From the NCBI GenBank assembly GCA_001938485.1, contig MQRK01186600.1, positions 1 to 64,000 of the forward strand: a stretch of 64,000 nucleotides of DNA, read 5' to 3'. The position numbers and the translations under genes are program-made. Positions 1 through 12,806 of the stretch are shown piece by piece. The stretch is from Girardia tigrina (Eukaryota). Position 1 is the stretch's first letter. Each line of letters starts with the position of its first letter. Under the pieces are notes generated by a model. The model was given only the letters and a program-made list of their open reading frames with translations, was not told where the DNA came from and did not search any database.

Positions 1-1003
1 TGAGGTACTTAGCAGGGCGTATCTTGCTGTATTTCCCTCGTACAGATTTTTCATAATTTTTTTCTGATTTTATTTTCTCTCTTACCACTTATATTTCAAT
101 ATTCTTCAGTTGCTTTTAAAGAATTTATTTAAATTGAATTTAAATAGAATTTAAATAGATTAAATGAAAATCAATAAAAATTAATACTTATCCGTTTAAG
201 AAAATTCCTTAATGATGAAAATTTTTATACTGAATTTNNNNNNNNNNNNNNNNNNNNNNNNNNNNNNNNNNNNNNNNNNNNNNNNNNNNNNNNNNNNNNN
301 NNNNNNNNNNNNNNNNNNNNNNNNNNNNNNNNNNNNNNNNNNNNNNNNNNNNNNNNNNNNNNNNNNNNNNNNNNNNNNNNNNNNNNNNNNNNNNNNNNNN
401 NNNNNNNNNNNNNNNNNNNNNNNNNNNNNNNNNNNNNNNNNNNNNNNNNNNNNNNNNNNNNNNNNNNNNNNNNTTCAGTGAAAATTTGAAGTTTCTATGT
501 GGTCTAAATGCTGAGATATAGGCAAAAGTAAATGGCCCATTCTTGACAAGATGAAATACAGTGAAGGTATATGAAAAGTGCTTAAAAAAAACGGTTGACT
601 ATTTGATATTGTAGTGACACACATTTTAATCAGTATTTATAAATATTAAATATATATATATATATACATAAAATCCTATATTTCTTATTTATAATTCCAA
701 ATTTTCTCAGGCAAACCCTCAACCAAAATCAAATGATTTTTTTTATATATTGGTTTGCGAAAATAAATTCTCAGAAACTTGAAAATAGACTTTCTTTCAA
801 ATTGACAATAACAACATCCATAATTATTCGTTTTGTTAATCCAAACTTGTTTAAATAATATGCCATGTACATCACACTTTTAAATTTGTAAATAAAGATT
901 TTCTTTTGAATTTTTGAATCTCATTTCGTTATTTGGTTTCGGCAAATCGATAATCGATTTTTATTGATTAAATTAATACATTAATAATAAACTGTCGACA
1001 ATC

Positions 1004-1729
1004 ATGAAAAGCGATGAAACCGATTCGCTAAACAACTGTCCAACTGATAATAATAAAATTCAAAATCGAATGAATCGATATACATTTCGTTCATTTGATA
1101 ATATTTTAGTAAATCAGTCGAGATTGATCTCCCGAAAGAACGCATCACCGGGATACACGAGATACTCGTTGATCATCATCATTGAGATCCACAATAAATC
1201 GATCGATGAGAATCTCGACACTATTTTATCAGATTCAACATGCGATAATTTCCTTGAAATATCAAAATACATTAATGAATTTGATTCGGATTTGAGTTCT
1301 ATTCTCGACAAAATAATTGCCACCAAATCCGATGATTTAACGTTGGATAATTCGATTGAGAGGGCGATTTGCATGATCTATTCGAAAGTGAAATATTTGC
1401 GATTGAAATATTCGACCAAAGAGATGCCCACGTCGATTCGCCCCACGATGTTCAAGGAGCGACCCGTACTGAAGATCGAGTCGATCAAACCGGCGCGATG
1501 CTTCCACCATGAGTCCGACACGATCAAGGAGACGCGCCACTGTCTGCTCAGCCTGCTCGACGAGTACCGGTCACTGGAGTTCGTCGTCAACATTGTCGAC
1601 ACGCTCACGATCCTCGCAACGCGGTCCTCGTTGCACGCGCGCAGCCAAATCGACGTGCACCTCCACCAGAAGACCTTACCCAGTGTTAGTCGATCCCGGC
1701 AGACGACCAAAGATATCGAAATACTTTAA
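1004..1729 (+). CDS. Uninterrupted 241-aa ORF, probable highly divergent cadherin-repeat protein (or open part of a decaying gene)
   Basis: Long ORF in a CpG-rich island; INEFDSDLSSILDKIIATKSDD and LLDEYRSLEFVVNIVD..SLHARSQIDVHL loosely follow cadherin xEx/AxDxD/LDxE spacing; downstream fragments are more clearly cadherin-like. Confidence 0.4.
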   Translation: MKSDETDSLNNCPTDNNKIQNRMNRYTFRSFDNILVNQSRLISRKNASPGYTRYSLIIIIEIHNKSIDENLDTILSDSTCDNFLEISKYINEFDSDLSSILDKIIATKSDDLTLDNSIERAICMIYSKVKYLRLKYSTKEMPTSIRPTMFKERPVLKIESIKPARCFHHESDTIKETRHCLLSLLDEYRSLEFVVNIVDTLTILATRSSLHARSQIDVHLHQKTLPSVSRSRQTTKDIEIL

Positions 1730-1829
1730 TATAACACAATTGTTTACGTAGCAAGTCTGCTTTCAAGTGAAATGAAGATTTAACATATGATATGTTAAAC
1801 TTACTTTGTGAAAGGTAATTATGTAATGT

Positions 1830-2024
1830 CCCTTTGGCGAGTGCAATTTGCACCACCAACTTCCGTCGTTGGAACGGGAAGAAAAAAGACATAACTGGAA
1901 CATAAAATGTATTGATGCATAAAACGAAAACATGACCCGAATCGGTAGGATAGAGACATCTATCGGCACAATAATTGGGATAGATCCTCGTGTCTCGTCT
2001 GGGCATATTTGGGTTGCTGATTGA
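1830..2024 (+). pseudogene. Cadherin-repeat fragment with in-frame stop
   Basis: PSLEREEKRHNWNIKCIDA*NENMTRIGRIETSI resembles LDREEK..YxLxIxCxDxG of protocadherin ectodomains. Confidence 0.45.
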
Positions 2025-2894
2025 GAGTTCGTTGACTACACTGATTGCGTTTCTGGTTGGTGTTATGGTGGATTCCGTATTTTTGTATTTTTTTTACCAA
2101 TTTGCTTAGTTAAACAAAACATTATTATTTTTGTTTATTCTATTAATTTGTTGAAATTTAATTTAAATTGTTTTTGTGTTTTGGTTTGGTGTTTTTTTGA
2201 ACACCACAGTCCCCTTCAAATATTTATATTTATTTTTTGTATTCATAAAATTAAATAATACTGATTAAAATATTGCATTTAAATTTGAATTATTTAATGA
2301 ATTTGTATTATGTTTGGATTGTCAAATATAATTTGGCATTGATTAATGTCAATCAAATGTATTTTCAATAGAAATGATAAGTTTGATTGTCACATGAATG
2401 ATGTTTGCGCAGTTTACTAAGAATAGATTTCTAATTTCAATTTCATATTCTTTCTTGAATGAAAACCCAAAAAGGAGTGCAACTTCATTAAATCTTAATG
2501 TCAGTTTTAATTTGTTTTTTAGTTCATTGGTCATTCTATGACTCGGTCAACCAACGAACGAAAAAAATAATTGTTAGATAGTGGTTGGAATGTTTTTTTT
2601 CATTATTATTATTTATATGCAAAGCAATTGATCCCTTCATCTCTAACTCAGGTTGAAACGTTCTCAATAACCTCCCATGACAATCTCTGATAAATTTATT
2701 TCTGTGATTTGCCTTTACTTGTGCTGTATACTTACTTGATTTGTATATAGTTAAATAAAATTAAAGAATTAAAAATTAAACAAAGAATAAATTAAACGAT
2801 TTAAAATAAAAAAATTAAATAGTAAATAAATAAATTTAAAATTTAATAAATTTGATGTTTTAAAAAATGAAGAAAGGCCTTTTAGTCATGATAT

Positions 2895-3545
2895 CTTGCA
2901 AAATTTTCGATCAGCCTGTATTTGATTCGGTGCATGAGTGTACGTGTGAGCTACTGTAAAGTTCCTTTAAAGCGCCACAAATGAGACCTGACAAAAATTT
3001 GGCGGTTAGCTGAATATAATAAAAACGCCGGGAAGCCTACGAAATCGACCGAAAACCGTGAAGGTCGTTATTAACCGCCACAAAATTCTGATTTTTTTTC
3101 TGAATTTCACATAGAAAGTTTATATCAGCCACCAATTTGTGTTAACCGCCATTTTGTAATAGGTTGGTGGTTAAGAAGAACTTTACTGATATTAAAAAAT
3201 TACCAAAAACTTTAAAATCTGGGATCAATGTTTTCATCAATCTTCCCCACATCAATCTCACACATACAATCATGATTCAACGAGCTCCAAGGGACGAGTC
3301 TCAACCCTATGCTGGGCCCTGTTTTAATTTTTTTTTAAAAAGGCGGTTGACAGAAATTGGCGGCTGATAGAAATTTTCTATGTGAAATTGAGAAAAATCA
3401 ATTTTTTGGCGGTTAATAGTGAGTATCGGCGACGAGGGCTGGTGGTTAAGAGAACCTTTAATGTATAGTGTTATTGGGAGAGAGAAAATATGTGTGCAAA
3501 TGTGCACTGTTGGAACTTTGAATTAAGAATATCGTCAATTTAAAG
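2895..3545 (+). pseudogene. Protocadherin-like fragment split by a MITE
   Basis: Before the MITE: DQPVFDS, SATN, AYEIDR (several frames). After it: VIGREKICVQ..CWNFELRI, resembling the IDRExxC...C motif of protocadherin EC1. Confidence 0.35.
3061..3458. mobile_element. Foldback-type non-autonomous DNA transposon (MITE)
   Basis: About 80-bp imperfect inverted repeat 3070-3150 vs 3341-3418; repeated TTAACCGCCA units; termini AAGGTCGTTATTAACCG / GGTTAAGAGAACCTT. Confidence 0.7.
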
Positions 3546-4356
3546 ATTTAAAAACCTCAGTTTTATCGCTCGAATGAAAGGAATATTGTCTTCAATTTAA
3601 AAGAGAAGTAATTATGATTTTAAAATCTTGTGTCAATTTTAGTTTTGTAAAGTTTTCCTTGTCAATTAAAATAATATTCTAACTTAAAAAAAATTAATGA
3701 TCTCCTCAAAAAACAAAAATTTATTTCAATGGACCCAGCACATCGAGACCGAGCTCTCTTCTCAGATACAGTGCACTACTGCTATCACCGTCCGGCCCTA
3801 GGGAAACTCGGGGATCGGCTAAACAAGCACTACGTTTGTCACGCTGTATTTCATATTAGGAAACCTTATAATTTGTAAATAGGACTAATCTACTCTGTTT
3901 CAATTTTATAGGTGAACTTTGTTTGTCCACTTAAATGTAAGAAATTGCATGTGAGAGAAATTGAGGTAATTTTAAGAGGCTTTACTTTATTCTTCATATC
4001 CTTTAAAATTCTTGCATGTGAGACTTCTTTTGTAAATGGTTATTTATCATTAAAATGCATAAACTAGTATTTTCCCTTAGAATATGTAAAAAATGTTTCA
4101 TTTTAATATAAATTAATTGATAATCAAATATAAGTACTGTGAATCAGTAAGATTTTTTTTAATCTTCCGAATTAAAGTACAATAAATGGCATCTAATGTT
4201 AGAATCTCAATTAGATACTTCCTTAGTTTTTTATTAATCTTTTCTCGCAAATTTTTTATGATTAATTTACCTATTGTCTAATTAATTATTTTCGAAAACT
4301 AATTAGTTAATAATTATTCGTTAATTATTTCACGTCATCTGAAATACACAGTCAAA

Positions 4357-4684
4357 CTAATAGCTGAGTTTTTAAGGCCATTTTGGGTGTACAATGTACA
4401 TCCGAAAAATTGACTATTTATAGGTAAAGCGGGGGTTTATTAAAAAATACACACACTGCTATTCCACCAATTTTCTCTCCCTCTCACAGATACACGCTCC
4501 TACCCAAGGTCATTTATAATTATATACTTATTTAATAAGTATAAGGCATTCTTTTGTTCTTCATCCTTTAAATCCAGTGTACAAACGTAACAATTTTTGA
4601 GTAAAAATAAATATGTTATACTGTACACCCACATTTTCTTAGGTTACACCCAGCTGGAAAACCTAAAAAATCCTGAACTAATAG
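4357..4684. mobile_element. Degenerate MITE
   Basis: Imperfect terminal inverted repeats (CTAATAG..TTTTTAAGG / CCTAAAAAA..CTAATAG) and GGGTGTACA / TGTACACCC subterminal motifs. Confidence 0.4.
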
Positions 4685-5319
4685 CACTAGTAATATTGTT
4701 GAACTTTGAAAGAAATGTAAAAGTAATGTTGAAATAAAAAAGTTGTCTTCCAATTTTAGAAATTTCTGGAAGAGAATAACGTTTCAAGTGTTTTTAATTA
4801 GATACATAATGATAAACTTGATGTTCAAGCTAAACTCTTTTATACATGATGCATATTTTATAACAAAAAAGGTTTAATTAAGAAAATCTATTCAGGGGGA
4901 TTGGAAATAGAGTAATGGGAATAATGAAACAATGTATTTTAGTAATGTATTTATAGTTACATGTGGTAGAAATATGCAAAAAAAATAATTATTTCATAAA
5001 ACATTTATTAATAATGAAAAATTTTACCATCGCGATTTTTACAATTATTAAAATAATCAGAGACCGTCTTACTAAAACAATACAATTATAATCTCATATT
5101 TCTTAATCATTCATCATTTTATTCTGCTAGGCCAGTCAAGAAAATAAAAAATAGATATTTTGTTTCATAAATTACCGGAATTTTATAACTAATTTTTGAA
5201 CATGAAATTTTTTAACCATTATAAGGATTATCCAACATTTCTTACTCAGATTCAAAATGTCGCATAGTAATTTGGAGGAAGTATCGATTTTCCTGAACAT
5301 TAAAACACATGAGATTTAA

Positions 5320-5577
5320 CACTAGATTTACGGACTGAGCCAATTTGACTCATTATATTGCTATATATATATAAAACTGAAATATTATTTTTTAAATACA
5401 TGTGATGGTTTTTAGTTACGTAATGAAATATAGGTTACTTCACTCTTCAGATTCCCTCATTTCGTATATTTGAATGTGGTTTACATATTTCTGCGGCTAT
5501 GAGATCGCTTGTTGTGTGAGTCGAATTGGCTCACTTTAGTAAAAATAGGTATATAATCAACTATCATAAATCTAGTT
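5320..5577. mobile_element. piggyBac-type MITE
   Basis: TTAA on both sides (5316-5319, 5578-5581); TIR CACTAGATTTACG / CATAAATCTAGTT; internal IR GAGCCAATTTGACTCA / TGAGTCGAATTGGCTC. Confidence 0.8.
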
Positions 5578-5929
5578 TTAATTACGAATACTTATGATCC
5601 AAGATTATAGTATAATAAGCATAATATTTATGTTATTACTGTTGAAAAGAATATTATTATTAATAAATTATTATTCAAATTTATTATCATTCAAGTATAT
5701 ATTAAATTATTTTAAATTAATTAAATGTAGTTCAAATTGTTTCGTTATTAATTCTCGGATTTCTGTGTATTTTTTCAATTATCAAATATATTTTTTGGAA
5801 ACGAATTAATTGTACAATTCTATATTACTAACATTTATAAATATTCGTATAAATCTAATTATCATTGCGACCAAAGTAAGAATTATTCATTTAAAATATG
5901 AAAAATAATTTATTTTCGTCATCACACGC

Positions 5930-6930
5930 TCCCATGATCTTTTTGTCAACACTGAACTTCCATCGTGGAAACGTTATCACGTTTCTTACGCAATACCCCG
6001 GCATCCTCATATAATCGATGTCCCAGAACCCAACCCCTGCTCAACAGCTCTGTCGGTTGTGAGTGCAGTCCAAAATTTCTAAATAGATCTGACACATTTT
6101 GGCAGGGGACCTGATTATCATCAACATACGAATCGGTTGCCTCTTTAATTTGTGGATCAGTTGGCAGCACTAATTCGATCACAGCAGACATAATTTTTGT
6201 CTCTACGTTTAACCCAAATCAAAGTCGTGTTAACTTGTACACCTTTCCATTATATTATACGAACTGGTATTTCTCCAACTCTCGAAACACGTGCAACTGT
6301 AAAAAATGTGTCTTTCAAATCAATTATGCAGGGATTTGTCCTCATTAGACACTATGTCCCTAGCTTCTCGTTACAAATATCATTGGATGTCAAATGACTG
6401 AAAACGTATTGGTTCAATTCCTGGAAATCTACCACTGGTCTGACCATAACTTTACTATGTTGGACACGGTCATTACCGGAACAACTCCTTCGCATTGCTC
6501 CTTAAATTTCTGCAACCATCTTTCTTGAATCCATCCTTTAACTTCACCTCCAAACTCATTCTGGATTTCTCTCTTGACAGGGTAGAGGAACATTATTTTT
6601 TAGTGAGAAATGTCTCCTTTCTTCGAGCAAATGATAGTTCACAGTTCATCTTTTATCGTCAAAATACGCTTTAAAATCCTTGTCAACGATATTTTGCTGC
6701 AGTTCCATCTGACATGGACGACTTTCCTAAATACGATCCTACCTAACGTCACAAGGCACAATATTAACATTGTATATGTTTCCCGTCTCGGGCAGTTTAG
6801 GCTCAGCTCCAAATAACATGTTTCCATTTTTCCTAATCTAAACACACCCAAACTTCTCCATTCCGTCAATAACCTTGATAAAATCACGCCATAGCCACTT
6901 ATCACCAACCAAAACAATTCAGCGTCATAA
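5930..6930 (-). mobile_element. Ty3/Gypsy LTR-retrotransposon pol relic (RT)
   Basis: Across stops and frameshifts: VRPVVDFQELNQY, IIDLKDTF, YKLTRL*FGLNV..KIMSAVI, ATDSYVDD. Confidence 0.85.
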
Positions 6931-7299
6931 TGATGGTTAAATAATTATATATATTTTAGTATAAAAATGAATACGTAAATCTAAATATTTTTTTATTGCT
7001 TTCTATTTTTCTAATTTTGTAATGTAATACCACCTTATTTTTAATTTAAACAAATGATGCATTAAATAATTCTTTAACAAAAGTAAAAACATTGTTTTTT
7101 GCATAAAATTTGTAAATAAATATTTGTACACAAAACATATAAATTAACATAATTAGCAACATTATCAAATTTAACAAGTCTAATGAATTTACAATTTTAC
7201 ATTTTTTTTACAGATACTTTACCAAATTTAGCAATTTCACCAATCTACCAAATTTAACAAATTTAGCAACACAAAAAGCGTTATTGCACTCTCTAATTT

Positions 7300-7901
7300 T
7301 AACGCTTACCTTACACACTTGCAGAAATTTTAGTGAGCATCCGCTCATCAGCATAACACATGCGTTCACTTTGTTCATCTTATATAATCCGAAAACGTCA
7401 CGAGCTATAATCGATCGGGTCCAACACAAGCCCTCTAACGTCCGAGAAACTGCATCATTCCCCTCGACAACCAACCCCGGTTTCGCGCATTCCAAATCAC
7501 ACCGTTTTGTCCGAGAGAAAATCGGCCGGACTGACGGCAATCACGGGTCGGGACTCCTAAAGAATCCTCACAGACTGATCAACAAGAGTGTCCCGTACGA
7601 CTTGATCGGGGTTCAAAGGAGCGGCTGCTCGCAGAAACAACGGTGCAGGAACTGAATGGACTTCCCTCGCAAAAGCCGCATTATCAGCGGCTCGAACCAT
7701 CAATTGTATTTTATGATCAGCATGGTTGTGGTCATCGTGAGTTGATTTCATTTCAAAATTGTCGAAATTTGTTGTGAAACGTTGGTACAATCGTCCGAAA
7801 AGAGCATAGTTGATTTTTTGGAAAACGTTAAGTTCAATTAAGATGTAAGGAATCGTAAAATCGATAATAGCAAAATACAGAAAGGTCGCTCTAATAATCA
7901 T
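7300..7901 (-). pseudogene. Decayed coding island, cadherin-like
   Basis: 114-aa ORF with NVFQKINYALFGRLY..FDNFE..IQLMVRAADNA; downstream frame GRFSLGQNGVIWNAR; no intact DxNDNxP. Confidence 0.3.
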
Positions 7902-8349
7902 GTATTTAAAAAAAGTACAGCGCGTCCCACATTATTTAAGCAACTAATAAATTATATTTTTTTACAATAATTTAATTTTTAATTAGAGTTTTCTTCACTG
8001 CCGGAAAATCAAAGCACCACAGTAAGATTCGTATTTCTTATAGAGAATGACCATTTCAACAAGTTCTGTAGTTGAATATATTTTAAATGTGAATATGCTT
8101 TGTGATTGTTTTCTGAATGTTTATGGTTTTCTTGAATTTCTGTTAATTGTTTAATTTCAAAAATTTCTGATTGTGCTATTTTGGGGTTAGATTTTGGAAG
8201 TAAATTTTTTCCTTTTTTGTCTGAGTTGTTATATCAATGACGAATTTTCTGTTAAAATCATTTTTGATTTGTAAAAGGTGCGAAATTTTGTTTGGTGAGT
8301 ATGTTTTTTTATTGTTTAAAAAACATAGATGTTGACATTTGAAAGCATC

Positions 8350-10335
8350 TTCTTTAAAATTTAGATGATACCAACATATGTCTCTTTCTTCTCGAGCTAA
8401 TTGGGGACCGGTCCGGTGTCCTACTATGCGAGGTTTGCGTTTTTGTTTAAAGGTCTGTCAATGGAATACGCATGTTTCGATTATATATTATTAGAAGACT
8501 TTAGTGTTATAAACACTTCTGGAAAACTAAATGCTGATGTAGCTATCCTGATGGAAATGCATAAATGTACAACTTAGTGTTGATTCTCCTGATGAGACTG
8601 AAATAAAGCTTGCTATACCGCCGCTGTGTAATGGGAAGGAAGCAATGGAGTGATTGCTGAAGTTCTGAAGTGAGTTTGGTAACCACTCGCTCACAAACTG
8701 AAGCTTGATTTTGAACTGATATCAAATAGTGTTCATGAATTTCAACCGGCTTGAATGAGTGCTAAAGTGGTGACACTATTCAAAGGATTAGATACAAGAT
8801 CCGATCTGAACAACTATAGGGATATCTTTCCCTTAGAAGATACTGGTAAGGTTTTTGCGCAAATCATCGTAAATAGAATCCTGTCGATGAAAGAAGAAAG
8901 ACTAGATCCCTGAAAATTTAATTTTAGGCCGAAAAGAGGCACGTTGCCGGCCATTAGTATTATAAGAATTTTCCATAATAAAAGTCCAAGAAAATAGATA
9001 ATGTTTATTTTTATGACAAGATCAAATAATGCGCTTCTAAAATTAATTACACTGATTGATTTAAACAATCTCAGGAGTTTTTATATATTCAGGATCCTTT
9101 GATATAATATGATATTGTTATAAATAATTATATGTATTTTAATTTATAAATATATAGTTATTAATTATTCTCACAAGTATACTCAGGCGTATACAAGAAG
9201 AAGGTCGATACAGGAACCAGAAAGTATATGTGATCTTCATTGATTTGGAAAAGGCATTTGACAGTGTCCGACGCGAAGTTCTTTGGGCTTGCCTGAAAAG
9301 ATTCGTCTTAACCGACAAGATTTTCTGCCTTATCAAAGAATTTCATGAGGATTTTATTGCGTCTTTAGGAAACAGTAATTTTCCCATAGAAAGAGGTGTT
9401 AGGCAGAGATGTGTGATGGGACCTAGTGTATTCAACTTTGTCTTCGATGAAGTGATCAAAAGGGTTATACTGAAAGGATTTGGGGGAGTTATCATCCTGG
9501 TTGATGAACAAGGCATTGAATTTCAAGTCAACAGACTTGCATTTACAGATAACATATGTATTATCGACTCTGATATTGATCGATCCTATAAAAACATGGA
9601 TATCCTAAGAAGTACATTTTTGGAGTTTGGACTGACAATAAGTGATACTAAGACAAAAGTCATCAGGCTGTGAAATATCTCAAGTCAAATGTGGTGAAAA
9701 GGTCATAGAATTCTGTTATCTCGGAAGTTTTTTTACCACTAGTGGTAGCTGCAACTGGTATATTAGTCAACAAATACGAAATGGAATGCGGAAGCTTAAA
9801 GAATTACAACCTGCAATTCAGTGTAATGGCGTTCCAGAGGCATTGAAGAGAAAACTGATTGAGACTTATATTTTCCCTCCGATCATTATGGTAGTGAGTG
9901 CTGGGTAACACCTGGAAAGAATGTTGCACGGTTATACGCCTTCCATAATTGCTGCACGAGGACAGTTCTCAAGAAGACCAAACTCAATAGAATCCTGGAT
10001 AAAGACATAACGATTGGACTGACAGGAGCAAGAGTGATTCTAGCTAAAAGACGCATAGTATTCTATGAATACAATTCACGGAAGGATGTGACTGAGGTTC
10101 AAAGAGTTCTAAACTCTGATTTCGTCTCAGAAACTCACAGAATCAGATAATTCGTAAGATGTATATTAGTGATATTGTTATGTAAAATTTATAACCTAAC
10201 CCTTCGAAAAAGATTACTTATATATAAAATTTATTTTAACTTATTAATTTTTAAATTTAAAGTTTATCAAATTATTAAATATAGTATGAATTCAGTGCAC
10301 CCACGGCCTAATGGCTACGGTACCAAAAAAAGAAC
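8350..10335 (+). mobile_element. RTE-like non-LTR retrotransposon relic (reverse transcriptase pseudogene)
   Basis: VVTLFKG..DLNNYRDI, FRPKRGT, FIDLEKAFDSV, GVRQRCVMGPSVFN, LAFTDN (decayed ADD), EFCYLGS; stops and frameshifts; boundaries approximate. Confidence 0.85.
8961..9175. mobile_element. 215-bp insertion in the LINE, probable solo LTR
   Basis: 5-bp TSD AGTAT (8956-8960, 9176-9180); ends TATAAGAAT..ATTCTCACA; RT homology resumes after it. Confidence 0.6.
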
Positions 10336-10429
10336 GGAGTAGAAAACGCACAACGTTTATTTAAATAAAAAACTAATAAGTCATTGTAATGACACTTTCG
10401 GTGTATTTAAAAAAACATCATTGTTTCAA

Positions 10430-10925
10430 CAAGGGGGACGATTGTCATCGATTCAATACTACCAACTGATCCATTTTTGCTTTGAATCATCACCAGCCTC
10501 CGATGTTCAGCTCAGCACCCGAGAGTCATGTATCTCACCACCCAGGTCACCGCACCCATCCACGATCTCCAATATCATATCTCTGTCTCCAGAGCAGCTT
10601 TCAACGAGAGCCCCTGTGGCATTGTATCAGATTCATTATCATGAGGTCCCGAGTTGAACTGCTTTGAGGTTTATACGTTCGGGCCCTCTCCAAGCCGCCT
10701 TACTTGCTGCCTCCAGCAAACGATCATCCCGTTCCGAGTCCATAGATTTTTGATCTACAATAATTGGATTCCTGAAAAGTCCATTTTTCAATCCGCAAGG
10801 CTTATAAGAAATTGATTCGATACTGGCCTTTGGTATTTCTTGGCTCCGTTGACTCAACCACAATCGCTCCCGACCAAACAATCTCCCCAGCTACACCATC
10901 TGTGCCTCCTATCCGTATCTTAAGA
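10430..10925 (-). pseudogene. Cadherin-repeat fragment
   Basis: SISYKPCGLKNGLFRNPIIVDQKSMDSERDDRLL, then a frameshifted RDL[N]DNE (cgg gac ctc at gat aat gaa) resembling DxNDNxP. Confidence 0.35.
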
Positions 10926-10929
10926 CGAA

Positions 10930-12098
10930 AAAAAATACGAAAATTTTTTCAGCGTTTAGTAATGCATACAGAACTTAGAAGGCTATCGAAAATAAATTGG
11001 TTGCGCCGTTTTCTTACACTTTTGGATAGCATTGTATCATTTTTACGAAATAAATCGATTGGACAAGAAATTATTGCTGTTAAATGTGATATATTTTATC
11101 TTTCAAATATATTCGAAAAATTAAATTCCTTAAATAAGGAGTTGCAAGGAAGAAAGAGTAGTCTTATTTCTTCGAAAACTAAAACTATTTTGGACCAATG
11201 TTGGACGACTTGTTCTGATACAGTTTCCAACATTAGCTACTCCTAATGTAGAGTTGAAAGATGATGACATTATAGTATGTCGAGCATTTGAAACAACTAA
11301 ATATTGATATGCAATACCGATTCAATGATTTAATAGAAATAGATGCGCCAAATTGTTAGTAGATCATTTGGAATAGATGCTGCTGAAGTTGATACAGATA
11401 TACAAGAAACACTTATAGAGCTACAATGTGATATAAAAGATCAAGTTAAATATAATTAATAAATGTAATAAAAAAAATTTCTGGAATTGTAATGAAATGG
11501 CTAATAAGTTTCCCTTGCTTTGGGAAAAGGCAAATTTATTTTTTATTTTTTCCAATTCTCACCTGGTAGAATTTGCATTTAGTAGTGGTTTATTTGTTAT
11601 CAAAGGAACGCAAACGACTTGGTATTGAAAAAAGGGAGACCTTCTTCTGTCACTGACGAATTTTGAGCCAGATATTAGAAAATTGGCTAGTTTACATAAG
11701 GTGCAAGGAACTCACTAAATAAAACTTCTTAATGAGATCCTTCAAAAATTTCATAAAATAAAAACTCCTTATACTACACATTTGTTTTTTCAATGTATAT
11801 TGTATAAAAAATTATTAACCGTTAACCTAATACTACTGTTTTGTCAGTTATCCTTCACCTACCGTCCTGAGAGGCCGGTATCAATTTATACGATATTTAA
11901 ATTAGTTAAATTGAATAAAATTATCAATAATAATATTTTTCATTAAAAATTCTTTTTAACGTTTATTAATTCTAGGAAAAGATATATATAGATAAAAGTG
12001 AAAACGGCCGCTCCGGCCGGTAGTATGAGGTTAACGGTTAAATGCCTTTTTTTAAATATATTTGGGGGGCCACGATTTAGAAAAGCTTGAGAACCACT
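10930..12098 (+). mobile_element. hAT (Buster/ZBED5-SCAND3-like) transposase 3' half and right end
   Basis: MHTELRRLSK (cf. HTEVRWLS), DIFYLSNIFEKLNSLNKELQG, FPLLWEKA, GDLLLSLTNFEPDI; terminal AAAAGCTTGAGAACCACT. Confidence 0.85.
11819..12037. mobile_element. piggyBac-type MITE nested in the hAT 3' end
   Basis: TTAA TSD both sides; TIR CCGTTAACCTAATACTAC / GTAGTATGAGGTTAACGG. Confidence 0.85.
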
Positions 12099-12109
12099 CG
12101 CTAAGATCA

Positions 12110-12400
12110 GCGGACAGTTAACTTGATCTGCCGACTCAGTTTAGATCTAAAACAGGACTAACATTTGCAGGGCTATCTTCACCATGTCCTCGATCCCAAA
12201 ATCACTTACATCGCCTTAATACGAGAACATATTGGGCCTGTTGTAGTTTTGTCGGTATAGTTTATACTGACAGCATGAGCAAAGAGATTTGAATTATTTA
12301 ACTTTATCGGGTACTCCATCTTGTTACAAAAATCAGTTTGCCTATTGACTTTCATTCGAAGAGCGCGACAGTAGATTACATTAACCAACATTAAATGTTG
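12110..12400 (-). pseudogene. Cadherin-like fragment downstream of eIF5A
   Basis: YPIKLNNSNLFAHAVSINY..GPICSRIKA, then shifted frame DVSDFGIEDMVKIAL (cf. AxDxDxGxNGxVxY). Confidence 0.25.
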
Positions 12401-12806
12401 TCTAATTAAAAGACAAGTAATTGTTTACACTTTTGAAAATACTAAACCTATGCTTCATCCACAGGAAAATTGAGTAAAAAACAAAGAAAATTGATATTTT
12501 TTAAATATTTCTCATGAAAAAATTCTATTTGTAACAAAAGTTCTTTAATTTGATATTAAATATTCCAAAAACACGAATGACATAGTAAATAAAGTAAACC
12601 TTTGAAAATTATTAGCACAATCACATAAAAATGTTTAGAACCGCAAAAAGGAGAAAACCAGCAATTTATACATCGCCACTCAAATATTTTTTAGAGATAC
12701 ACAAAAGTTGTATAAAAACTTTATTTTTAATAAATTATTAGTAAAATCTAACACATTTTATTTTAATATTTATTCAGAATCCATTTTCCATCAACCAAAT
12801 CACAAT

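Noticed and set aside
1-54. Possible gene start MKNLYEGNTARYALLSTS on the minus strand running off the window
   Set aside because: Only 18 codons visible, no recognisable motif
212-481. ORFs made mostly of X (also 25588-25944, 32438-32653, 35015-35484)
   Set aside because: Artefacts of N gaps
3730-3840. GC-rich stretch ending GGCTAAACAAGCAC, resembling an HDV-like ribozyme
   Set aside because: Could not build a consistent P1/P2/P3 nested pseudoknot
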